A DNA stretch of 64,000 nt from Candidatus Pacearchaeota archaeon (GTDB taxonomy: Archaea; Nanobdellota; Nanobdellia; Pacearchaeales; GW2011-AR1): positions 5,847 through 69,846 of the forward strand of contig JAGLYK010000011.1 in the NCBI GenBank assembly GCA_023132255.1. The letters run 5' to 3'. A program made the translations under genes and the position numbers. Every line of letters starts with the position of its first letter. The stretch's first letter is position 1. Shown piece by piece: positions 46,604 to 55,598 of the stretch. The notes beneath the pieces were generated by a model. It was not told where the DNA came from, made no database searches, and saw only the letters and a list, made by a program, of their open reading frames with translations.

Positions 46604-47731
46604 ATGGAACCTAAATTCATCCTCTCAAAATCCAAACTTCTTGAACAAGTAACAACCCTAAAAAATCTTGGATTAAAAATTTCTTATAGTTATAAAACCA
46701 ACAGGGAAGTCGGAAATGTTTTGCAAGAAATTTCTGATTGTGATTTTTCAATTCATGCTAAAGAGGAGATTGATATGATTAAAGACAAGTCCAGGATTTG
46801 GTTTTTTACTCAGGCAGAACCTGAAGAAGAGTTGAAAGAGATTTTAAAGAAGGGAATAAAAAATTTTGTTATTGATAATGAAATTGATTTGGAAAGAATT
46901 TTGAATGTCCTAAACAAAATAAATGTTAGCATAAACCTTTCTTTAAGGATGAAATTTCAGGAGCATAGAATTGGGAGTGGGAAATATTTTGTTTATGGAA
47001 TGAGTTCAAAGAAAATAAATGAGATAATAGCGAGGATAAAAGATAGTTCTTATATAGATAAAATTGGAGTTCATATTCACAGAAAATCACAAAATACAAG
47101 TGAGTGGGAAATTAAAGAAGAGTTGGAAGATTCTTTGACAAAAGAGAGTTTGGAGAGGATTGATTTTTTGAATTTTGGAGGAGGTCTTCCGGCAAAATAT
47201 CGGAGTTATGTTTCAGAAGTGCTGGTTTATATTTTTAAAAAAATAACAAATGCAAAAGAATTTTTAGAGAAATATAATATTAAGACATATATTGAACCAG
47301 GCAGATTTTTTGCTGCACCTTGTATAAAACTTGAGACAGAAATTATTCAAATTCAAAAGAATAATTTGATAATTAATACCACGATTTATAATTGTGCGTT
47401 GGATACTGTTTTGACAGGAACAAAAATGCTTGTTGAAGGAGAGATTGAAGACTCTGCACCTAAAGGTGTACCGCCTTACTACGTTCCCGGTACGAGAACC
47501 TCTAACGAGGTACCCCCTGATATACAGGATGGAATACTCGGGGGCAAAGATGAAAAATTTTATTTAATTAAAGGAAACTCTCCAACACGAGATGATATTT
47601 TTAGATATAAAGTTAAATTAAAAAATCCAAAAGTTGGGGATAAAATAGTTTTCTTAAATGCAGGGGCTTATAATTATACAACTGATTTTTTTGGTTATAA
47701 AAAGTTGAAGACTGAAGTAGGTAGTGGGTAG
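46604..47731 (+). CDS. PLP-dependent Orn/DAP/Arg decarboxylase family protein
   Basis: YSYKTN (PLP Lys), GVHIH, NFGGG, IEPGRF, FLNAGAY. Confidence 0.88.
   Translation: MEPKFILSKSKLLEQVTTLKNLGLKISYSYKTNREVGNVLQEISDCDFSIHAKEEIDMIKDKSRIWFFTQAEPEEELKEILKKGIKNFVIDNEIDLERILNVLNKINVSINLSLRMKFQEHRIGSGKYFVYGMSSKKINEIIARIKDSSYIDKIGVHIHRKSQNTSEWEIKEELEDSLTKESLERIDFLNFGGGLPAKYRSYVSEVLVYIFKKITNAKEFLEKYNIKTYIEPGRFFAAPCIKLETEIIQIQKNNLIINTTIYNCALDTVLTGTKMLVEGEIEDSAPKGVPPYYVPGTRTSNEVPPDIQDGILGGKDEKFYLIKGNSPTRDDIFRYKVKLKNPKVGDKIVFLNAGAYNYTTDFFGYKKLKTEVGSG
47456..47546 (+). repeat. Double twin-hairpin element, in frame
   Basis: First ~60 nt nearly identical to 28767-28840 (reverse complement); tail matches the tail of the dhs element; encodes APKGVPPYYVPGTRTSNEVPPDIQDGILGG. 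Confidence 0.88.
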
Positions 47732-47792
47732 TTGGTGGTTGGTAGTAGAGCTTAAAAGTAGGATTTAAATAAGTGTTTTTTCTAATCTATTT

Positions 47793-50700
47793 ATGAGCAA
47801 AAATTTATTCAACGAAAAGACCATAATCAAAAATATAGAACAAATAGAACCAACAGCCAAACAAAAAACTACTTCTAAAAAATGGATTGAATTATTAGAA
47901 AAAAACCAATTACAAGAAGAAGTAGCTAACTATCCTAAATTTATGATTTACATTCTTAAAGATTTATTAGGTTATGATATAACAGATTTTAAACATGAAG
48001 AAAAAAATATGGAATTTCCCTTTAGAGATAAATCTGGAGATTTTCTTGTGTGTTTTGAAGCAAAAGGAACAAAAACTAAAGATTTATGGGCTTTACAGGG
48101 CAGAAATATAAAAATAAGAGAAACACCTGTGAATCAAATTAATGACTATATTTACAAAAATAAAATACCTTATGGAATTCTAACAAATTATAGAGATTTT
48201 GTTTTATTTAAAAGAGAAGAAGGATACACCAAATATCATAAAATTAACTTCTTGGATATTAAGAAAAATCCAGATAAACTAAAAGAATTTATTTTTATTT
48301 TTTCTAAGGAAAGTTTTGAAAAAGAAGATACTACAAAATTATATAATGATTCAATAATAGAAGAAAGGAATTTAACAAAAGAATTCTATAAACTATATCA
48401 CGAAACAAGACTTATGATTCTTAAAGAGTTTAAAGAAAGTGAGATAGAAAATGAAATCTGTTTGCATTATACTCAATTATTTCTAAATAGATTAATGTTT
48501 ATCTTCTTCGCAGAAGATACAGAATTGCTTGATAAAAGATATTTTGAAATAAAAATATTAGAAGTTCTTGAAAAAAGTGGAGGGATAGATGGGCATACTC
48601 ATTATATTTTTGGAAAAATAAAAGGTATTTTTAGAGAATTAGACAAAGAAATTCCTAAACAAATAAAAGGTTTTAATGGAGAATTATTTAAAGAGGAAAT
48701 TGATGGTAGGTTATCATTTAAAGATTATAGAAATAAACTTTTCTTCAAAGATGTTTTTCAGAATTATAGGTTAGATAAGAAAGTGCAATTAAATGAATAC
48801 GATAAAAAGATTTTCAATAAGCATAAAAATAGATTAAATAAAATAATAGAAAATATTTTACTTATGGCTTCCTTTGATTTTAAATCAGAAGTTAATGTTA
48901 ATATTTTAGGACACATTTTTGAAAAATCTATTTCAGATATAGAAAACTTAAAAGAAGAAAAAATATCTAAAAGAAAACAGGAAGGTGTTTTTTATACACC
49001 TGAGTATGTAACTGAATATATTTGTAGAAATACCATAATTCCTTATTTATCAAAAAGTGGGATTAATGATGTTAATGAATTAATAGATGAGTATTCAAGA
49101 GACATAGAAGAATTAGAAAAAAAGTTTAGGTCAATTAAAATTTTAGATTCTGCCTGTGGGTCTGGGGCTTTTTTAATCAAGGCTACTGAAATCTTATTTG
49201 AAATATTTGAGAAAATACAATTTGTTAAAGAAAATTATGGAGATTATAAAGCAAGTAGAGGATTAAAAATAAAAAGTAATATTAAAGGACAATTAACATT
49301 TAAGAAATGGGATGAGAAAGAAGAAATAATAAATATTATAGAAAATAATATTTTTGGAGTTGATATTAATGAGGAATCAGTTGAGATAACTAAGTTATCC
49401 TTATTCTTAAAAATAGCAAGAAAGAATAAGAAATTAATTGATTTATCAAATAATATTAAACAAGGAAATAGTTTAGTCAGTGATGAAAAGATAGAGGAGA
49501 ATTTAGCTTTTGATTGGAATAAAAATTTTCCAGAGATTATGAGTAATGGAGGTTTTGATATTGTTATTGGAAATCCTCCTTATGTATTTACGAGAGAAGT
49601 AGAATTTAATGATAAATTTAAAGAATATATTGCGAAGAATTATCTTAATGCAAAAGATTCTATTTCAAAAAGTCACGCAAGACAATCTGGAAAGATTAAT
49701 CTATATTCTCTGTTTTTAATAAAGAGCAAGGATTTATTAAAAAATGGGGGTTTTATCAGTTTTATAATTCCTAATAATCTTTTAAGAACAACTACTTATG
49801 ATATTGTTAGAAAACAACTTTTAGATAATTTTGAAATCTCTAAAATAGTTGATATGGGAACAGGAGTCTTTGAAGGAGTTACAGCTTCAACTATTATTAT
49901 AAAGATGAGAAAGAATAATAGTGAAGAAAAAAGAAATAAAAATTTAGTTGAGATAATCCCTAATTTTGATAACCAAAAAAAGAAAAATAAAATATCACAA
50001 ATTGATTTTCTAAAAAATACAAGTTATGCTTTTAATATTGTTTCAAGTAAGTCTGATAGAAAATTATTAGATAAGATTACAGAAGATTGTGAAAATATGG
50101 GGGATATAACTATTATTCACGCAGGAGGTATTGCAACAGGTAAAAATAAAAAAGAAATGATTGAAGATTATAAGAAAAGTGAAAAACATAAACCTATGTT
50201 GGAAGGAAAAGATATAAAACCATTTTTTCCTGTTTTTTCTGAAAGATATATTTTATATGAAAAAAAATTACTTTATAGAGCAAGAGAAGAATCTATTTTT
50301 TTAAGTCCAGAAAAATTAATTACTCAAAGAATAAGTGGGGGATTAAAACCACTTGTTACAAGTTATGATAATGAGAAATATTATACCTTTAATTCTACAA
50401 ACACCATTTTACCAAAAGGTGAAGAATACTCATTAAAATATGTTTTGGCTTTGTTAAATTCAAGATTAATTAATTGGTATTATGTTAGTAAGTTTACAAA
50501 TAAATCCAACCTAACTGTTAACATATCTAAAACTTTTTTAGAAAAAATCCCCATAAAGAAAATATCTCTTGAAAAACAAAAACCACTTATTGAAAAAGCA
50601 GATTTGATGGTTGATAAGAATAAAGAATTTTATGAAAAAAAAGATAAGTTCATAAAACTAATTAAATATAAATATAATTTAGATAAAATATCACGAAAGC

Positions 50701-50933
50701 TAAATACTTTTTATAATCTTAATTTTAAAGAATTTGTCAATGAGATAAAAAATAAGAATAAAGTAATGAGTATAGAGAAAGAAGCCGAACTAATGAATTT
50801 TTTTGAGAAGAACAAAAAAGAAGTTTTAGAATTAATTAATGAAATTTCTAAAACAGAAAATGAAATAGACAAAATGGTTTACAAACTTTATGGTTTAACA
50901 GATAAGGAGATTGAGGTTATTGAAAAATCTTAA
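47793..50933 (+). CDS. Type IIG restriction-modification fusion (REase + N6-adenine MTase + TaqI-like TRD)
   Basis: N-terminal FEAK...ILTN nuclease region, GVFYTP, ILDSACGSGAFL, IGNPPY, LALLNS. Confidence 0.9.
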   Translation: MSKNLFNEKTIIKNIEQIEPTAKQKTTSKKWIELLEKNQLQEEVANYPKFMIYILKDLLGYDITDFKHEEKNMEFPFRDKSGDFLVCFEAKGTKTKDLWALQGRNIKIRETPVNQINDYIYKNKIPYGILTNYRDFVLFKREEGYTKYHKINFLDIKKNPDKLKEFIFIFSKESFEKEDTTKLYNDSIIEERNLTKEFYKLYHETRLMILKEFKESEIENEICLHYTQLFLNRLMFIFFAEDTELLDKRYFEIKILEVLEKSGGIDGHTHYIFGKIKGIFRELDKEIPKQIKGFNGELFKEEIDGRLSFKDYRNKLFFKDVFQNYRLDKKVQLNEYDKKIFNKHKNRLNKIIENILLMASFDFKSEVNVNILGHIFEKSISDIENLKEEKISKRKQEGVFYTPEYVTEYICRNTIIPYLSKSGINDVNELIDEYSRDIEELEKKFRSIKILDSACGSGAFLIKATEILFEIFEKIQFVKENYGDYKASRGLKIKSNIKGQLTFKKWDEKEEIINIIENNIFGVDINEESVEITKLSLFLKIARKNKKLIDLSNNIKQGNSLVSDEKIEENLAFDWNKNFPEIMSNGGFDIVIGNPPYVFTREVEFNDKFKEYIAKNYLNAKDSISKSHARQSGKINLYSLFLIKSKDLLKNGGFISFIIPNNLLRTTTYDIVRKQLLDNFEISKIVDMGTGVFEGVTASTIIIKMRKNNSEEKRNKNLVEIIPNFDNQKKKNKISQIDFLKNTSYAFNIVSSKSDRKLLDKITEDCENMGDITIIHAGGIATGKNKKEMIEDYKKSEKHKPMLEGKDIKPFFPVFSERYILYEKKLLYRAREESIFLSPEKLITQRISGGLKPLVTSYDNEKYYTFNSTNTILPKGEEYSLKYVLALLNSRLINWYYVSKFTNKSNLTVNISKTFLEKIPIKKISLEKQKPLIEKADLMVDKNKEFYEKKDKFIKLIKYKYNLDKISRKLNTFYNLNFKEFVNEIKNKNKVMSIEKEAELMNFFEKNKKEVLELINEISKTENEIDKMVYKLYGLTDKEIEVIEKS

Positions 50934-51045
50934 CTCTTCTTTAGTGGTTTTTTATCCTACCTTGAATTGATTGAGGCAATTATTAAACTTAACCTTAATT
51001 TCCACTGGAAGATATATATACCTTTTATATATAAATTGTATACAT

Positions 51046-52488
51046 TTATACTTTTTTATAAATTAAGCTCTTGCCTAATTTTGATACTTCAAGGATACCT
51101 AACTCCACAAACTTATCCAAATGTCTTTTTGCAGTTATCCTTGTTTTACTTTTAATCCTTTTCATATATTCATTTATTCTTATGGATTGAAATTTGTCTA
51201 ATGAATTGATATATTTCAAACCTCTTCTTTCTAAATCAGTTAATACGGGTTCTAAATCCATAGAAGAGCCGATTAAGTGTTTTGAGAAATCATTTCCTTC
51301 TAATTTTTGCCCTTTAAACTCTATTTTAAAAAAACCATTATCACTTTCTATTTTTGGTTCTTCTAAACCAAACCTTTTCATAGCTCCAATAATATTCTTT
51401 ATTCCTTGTCCTGCTTGTTCCATTAATCCTAAATTGTCTAAAAGATAACAGATTTTAGGGTTTCTTCTAACTGATGGATGTCCTCCCTTTTTTAATTCTT
51501 GTAATGTTACACCTTCCATCAACCCACCAGGATTAATTATTTCTAATCTATTGCTAAATAATCTTATCACAATATCAGAATTAAATACAGAATAATCTCT
51601 ATGAGCTACTGCGTTTATCAGAGCTTCTCTAATAGCTTCCATAGGATACTGATTTATTTCAATTCTTCTCAACCCATCCATTATTACTTTATTTTCAGTA
51701 TTGGATTTTATAAAATTAAACGGTTCTTGAATTTGGTTAATCAAATCTCCTTCAATATGTTTTCTATATTTTAATTTAGAGCTATCAATTGAATCTCCTA
51801 TATAAATTAAAAAATTTATTTTAGCATTTTGAAAAGAATCTTGTGGTTTTTTTCCAAAAAATAACATAGCAGTATTTTTAATATAGCAATCTCCGATTAA
51901 CAAATCTAAATTTTTTAAGACATTTTTGATATTATCAAATTTAATTTGTCTATTTCTCTTACCACTATTTGCAAGTTGGATATAGTTTAAAATTTTTGAA
52001 TTATCCAAATCAGAGATGTTACTTTTTCTATTATGAATATTATTTATTAAAGAATCAAAAGTTAGATTTTTTGATTTTAGTTTTATTTCCATTATCTCTT
52101 CTGGAGATAATTTTTCATCTCTTGAATCAACCCTTTTGTAATAAGCCCCCTTCCATCCATAAGGTTTTCTATCCCCTTCATAAACTTTTACTATCACGAT
52201 ATATTTTTCTGGGGCGTGTTCTTTAAAATCAATCTGTATATTTCCCTTACCACCATTTAAATCTTTAGCAAGATTATTTAATTTTGCTTTGACTTTCTCT
52301 TTTGAACATCTATAACCTATTGGAGTTCCATCATTCTTAACTCCAATTAAGATATATCCCCCCTCACTTGTTGAAAAAGAAGCGATTGTTTGGGTAACAT
52401 CATCATTATCAAACCCTTCTTTATATTCTAAATTCTTATCTTCAATCCTATAAAATAATTCATTTACATCTAATTCCATGTAATTCAT
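51046..52488 (-). CDS. Schlafen/AlbA_2 + HATPase_c_4 + wHTH protein
   Basis: EDKNLEYK, TIASFSTSEGGYILIGV, REALINAVAHRDY, EIINPGGL, RNPKI, EQAGQGI. Confidence 0.88.
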   Translation of the reverse strand: MNYMELDVNELFYRIEDKNLEYKEGFDNDDVTQTIASFSTSEGGYILIGVKNDGTPIGYRCSKEKVKAKLNNLAKDLNGGKGNIQIDFKEHAPEKYIVIVKVYEGDRKPYGWKGAYYKRVDSRDEKLSPEEIMEIKLKSKNLTFDSLINNIHNRKSNISDLDNSKILNYIQLANSGKRNRQIKFDNIKNVLKNLDLLIGDCYIKNTAMLFFGKKPQDSFQNAKINFLIYIGDSIDSSKLKYRKHIEGDLINQIQEPFNFIKSNTENKVIMDGLRRIEINQYPMEAIREALINAVAHRDYSVFNSDIVIRLFSNRLEIINPGGLMEGVTLQELKKGGHPSVRRNPKICYLLDNLGLMEQAGQGIKNIIGAMKRFGLEEPKIESDNGFFKIEFKGQKLEGNDFSKHLIGSSMDLEPVLTDLERRGLKYINSLDKFQSIRINEYMKRIKSKTRITAKRHLDKFVELGILEVSKLGKSLIYKKV

Positions 52489-52613
52489 AAATAATCTCTA
52501 TTTAAAATATTTATTCTTTTTTAAAAGTTGAGAAAATCGCTTATCCACCAACCGATAAGTTAATAGAAAAGATTTTGATGAAGATTTTTAAACCAACTTT
52601 TCATTTAATTAAA

Positions 52614-53654
52614 ATGTTAACTAAAAAACAAATTACAGAAATCCGCGAGCATTTGGAAAAAGCACAAAATCCGATTTTCTTTTTTGATAATGACGGGGAC
52701 GGGCTTTGTAGTTTTCTTTTGTTGCAGAGATATATTGGAAGGGGAAAAGGTGTTGCGATGAAGTCTGCGGACGCGGGAAATTATTTTAAAAAAGTCATGG
52801 AATTGAATGCAGATTATATTTTTATTCTGGACAAGCCAGTTGTTTCTGAGAAATTTTTTGAGGAGGTTAGACAGGTTAATCTTCCTGTGGTGTGGATTGA
52901 TCATCATGAGAACAGCAATATTCCTGATTTTGTTAATTATTATAATCCTCTGTTAAATAAAGGAAAAACAAATGAACCAGTAACAGAGCTTTGTTATAGA
53001 ATAGCGGGGAGAAAGCAAGATTTGTGGATTGCGGTTGTGGGGTGTATTTCTGATCATTTTGTTCCTGATTTTTATTTTGAGTTTAAAGAAAAATATCCTG
53101 ACCTGGCAATGGATTCTGAAAATGTTAAGGAAATTTATTTTAAATCTCAGATAGGGAAGATTGGGAAAATTTTTAATGCGGGATTAAAAGATAGAACAAC
53201 TAATGTAGTAATTATGCTGAAATTTTTGATGAAGGTCAAGACGCCTTATGAAGTTTTGGAGGAGAGCAGTTATAATCAAACTATGCATAAAAAGTTTAAA
53301 GAGATAAATGAGAAATATGAAAGATTGTTGGAGAAGGCGAAATCTCAGAAAAATGATGAGGGGGTTTTGTTTTTTCAGTATGGAGGGGAGTTGAGTATTA
53401 GTTCTGATTTGGCAAATGGACTGAGGTATGAATTTCCCGAGAAGATTATTGTTGTGATTTATGTTTCCGGAGACAAGGTGAATATTTCTGTTAGGGGAAA
53501 AAATGTTCGGGAGATTGTTTTGGAAGTGATTAAGGATTTGGAAGGGGCGACTGGCGGGGGGCATGAGAAGGCTGTTGGTGTCAGAGTCAAGGTTAAGGAT
53601 TTGGAGAAATTTAAGGCGAAGTTATTGAACATTGTAAACTTAAAAAATTCATAA
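52614..53654 (+). CDS. DHH/DHHA1 family phosphoesterase
   Basis: DNDGDG, ILD, WIDHH, GGGHEKAVG. Confidence 0.9.
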   Translation: MLTKKQITEIREHLEKAQNPIFFFDNDGDGLCSFLLLQRYIGRGKGVAMKSADAGNYFKKVMELNADYIFILDKPVVSEKFFEEVRQVNLPVVWIDHHENSNIPDFVNYYNPLLNKGKTNEPVTELCYRIAGRKQDLWIAVVGCISDHFVPDFYFEFKEKYPDLAMDSENVKEIYFKSQIGKIGKIFNAGLKDRTTNVVIMLKFLMKVKTPYEVLEESSYNQTMHKKFKEINEKYERLLEKAKSQKNDEGVLFFQYGGELSISSDLANGLRYEFPEKIIVVIYVSGDKVNISVRGKNVREIVLEVIKDLEGATGGGHEKAVGVRVKVKDLEKFKAKLLNIVNLKNS

Positions 53655-53796
53655 CAACTTTTCAATGGCTGAGTTGAGGTTTTCTGAGTTGGTTGGTAAA
53701 TAAAATTTAAATGATTGTTAGAAGGGGTAAATAGTTTACTACTATTGCAAGACAACGAAGCAAAACATTTATATACTATTAGATTTTTATTTTTTT

Positions 53797-54282
53797 ATGG
53801 AACCAATAAAATTATTACCTCATCATGCGATGAGATTATTTGAAGTTTTTTACTTAAATGGAAAACCTGAGGAAGTTCTTAGTGGGTATGACAATGTAGG
53901 TATGTCACAGAATACTACAAATGCACTAGGAAGAATAGCATCAAATCCAAACCAACTTGTACAAATTGTAGAATCATATGATGAAATCTGTAGAATGTGC
54001 CCTAAAAATCATAGAGGGGATAATTATCAAAATAAACCTGAAGATACCTGCCATGATTATGATGTGCCAAATCCAGATACAGAGTTTGCAAAGATTTTGG
54101 GTATAGAAACTGTTGCAGAAGATACCATTACAACATCTAAAGAATTAAAAAAACTGATGGGACCAACATACAAACAATTTTTGGCAGAACCCAGATTCGA
54201 TGGAAATGGCAAAAAACTTCCATTGAGAATGATGTTTAGAGATAGAAATGAAGATTTATATCTAAATCTTTTTAATATATAG
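53797..54282 (+). CDS. DUF1284-like hypothetical protein
   Basis: LLPHH near the N-terminus and YDEICRMCP motif. Confidence 0.5.
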   Translation: MEPIKLLPHHAMRLFEVFYLNGKPEEVLSGYDNVGMSQNTTNALGRIASNPNQLVQIVESYDEICRMCPKNHRGDNYQNKPEDTCHDYDVPNPDTEFAKILGIETVAEDTITTSKELKKLMGPTYKQFLAEPRFDGNGKKLPLRMMFRDRNEDLYLNLFNI

Positions 54283-54658
54283 AAATTGTTTGCTTTTTAT
54301 TTTGATCAATAGTTTATCGTGTTCGCTCTTTTGAATACGGTCGACTCAAAAACTCTTTAGGATTTTCTCAATTATGCAATCAATAAACTGAATAGAAAAA
54401 TATAAAAGAGTGAAATTAAAAATTTCTTGTTATAATATTTTTTAACACAAATATTATAAACTCTATTTTCCTGAAGGTGTTATGAGTAACAGACTAAGAT
54501 TTGCAAGTTGGAAGAATTGCATGTTTGGCTTAGTCTATGCTACAATTAAACCTGTTTCAATTTAATTCAGATTTTCTTTTTTGCCTGAATTAAGTTGAAT
54601 AATTTCTAAATTAATTTGGGTTGGAAAAGATTTCTGTTTTTATTTGAAATTCCAGAAA

Positions 54659-54772
54659 ATGGAAAACAAAAAGGAAATGGAACAAAAATTTGTAGAAGAA
54701 GAATTAAGTCGTTTAATGGAGATTACATTAAGATTAGAAGACGAGCTTAATTCTGTCGTTAGTAATGAATAG
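54659..54772 (+). CDS. Possible 37-aa acidic helical peptide (not in the ORF track)
   Basis: MENKKEMEQKFVEEELSRLMEITLRLEDELNSVVSNE, downstream of a structured region. Confidence 0.35.
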   Translation: MENKKEMEQKFVEEELSRLMEITLRLEDELNSVVSNE

Positions 54773-54844
54773 TTTAATATAAAAGAAGAAGAGTTTTTGG
54801 TTATTTGTTAATATGATTTGGGTTTTTATGAAGATTTAAAAAGA

Positions 54845-54858
54845 ACGATAATTATCGT
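54845..54858. promoter_or_regulatory. Palindromic operator candidate 1
   Basis: Perfect palindrome ACGATAATTATCGT between the TATA-like box and the regulator ATG. Confidence 0.65.
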
Positions 54859-54864
54859 ATAGTT

Positions 54865-55545
54865 ATGTGGATTGCAAAATTTAAAATTTATGATAAAGAA
54901 CACAGGGTTAGAAAGTTAATTGAAGAAAATAAAATTGAGGTATGTTATTATCCAATAAATTATTATGTTAAGAAAGGAAGATATTTTTTTATTGCTGCAG
55001 GGATTATTTATAGTGGCAACAAAAATAAATTCTTTGCGGATTTAAAAAAATTACAAAAACAAAAAACAGGGAGAAAACTGGAATTGCTTGAAACAGAAGG
55101 AGATTTTTTTATTATGATTAGTTCTCATACAATAAACCAAGAAGGGAAAAAATATGTTAATTTATTTTATAATCCTGCGATTATTCATTATCATCCGATA
55201 ATTTTTCATAAAGATGGCTGGGAAGAATGGGAAATTGCTTCTTTAGAAAGAAAAGCTATTGAAGACATTATTAAAGCCGGGAAGAAAGTTTATGATTTAA
55301 AACTTTTAAAATTTCACCAAAAGAAAATAAAAAATTTTGGTTTTATGACGCTGTTGCCAGAATTAACAGAAAAGCAGCAGGAAGCAATTAGTCTTGCGCT
55401 TAATTCAGGATATTATAGTTATCCAAGAAAAATAAGCTTAGATAAACTTTCAAAAAAAGCAAAGCGTTCTTTTTCCACATTTCAGGCACATATTAGAAAA
55501 GCGGAAAATAAAATTCTTTCTTATGTAATTGGTTTCTCAAAGTAA
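54865..55545 (+). CDS. HTH_10 (bacterio-opsin activator-like) transcriptional regulator
   Basis: C-terminal LTEKQQEAISLALNSGYYSYPRKISL...STFQAHIRKAENK. Confidence 0.9.
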   Translation: MWIAKFKIYDKEHRVRKLIEENKIEVCYYPINYYVKKGRYFFIAAGIIYSGNKNKFFADLKKLQKQKTGRKLELLETEGDFFIMISSHTINQEGKKYVNLFYNPAIIHYHPIIFHKDGWEEWEIASLERKAIEDIIKAGKKVYDLKLLKFHQKKIKNFGFMTLLPELTEKQQEAISLALNSGYYSYPRKISLDKLSKKAKRSFSTFQAHIRKAENKILSYVIGFSK

Positions 55546-55548
55546 GAG

Positions 55549-55562
55549 GCGATAATTATCGC
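55549..55562. promoter_or_regulatory. Palindromic operator candidate 2
   Basis: Perfect palindrome GCGATAATTATCGC just upstream of the promoter of 55599. Confidence 0.65.
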
Positions 55563-55598
55563 TATAAAGATTAAATAGTATTAGCGTTATACTTTATA

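Noticed and set aside
47722-52556. Terminal inverted repeats (GTTGGTGG) around the defence pair
   Set aside because: Only an 8-bp low-complexity match, and no integrase or transposase is adjacent.
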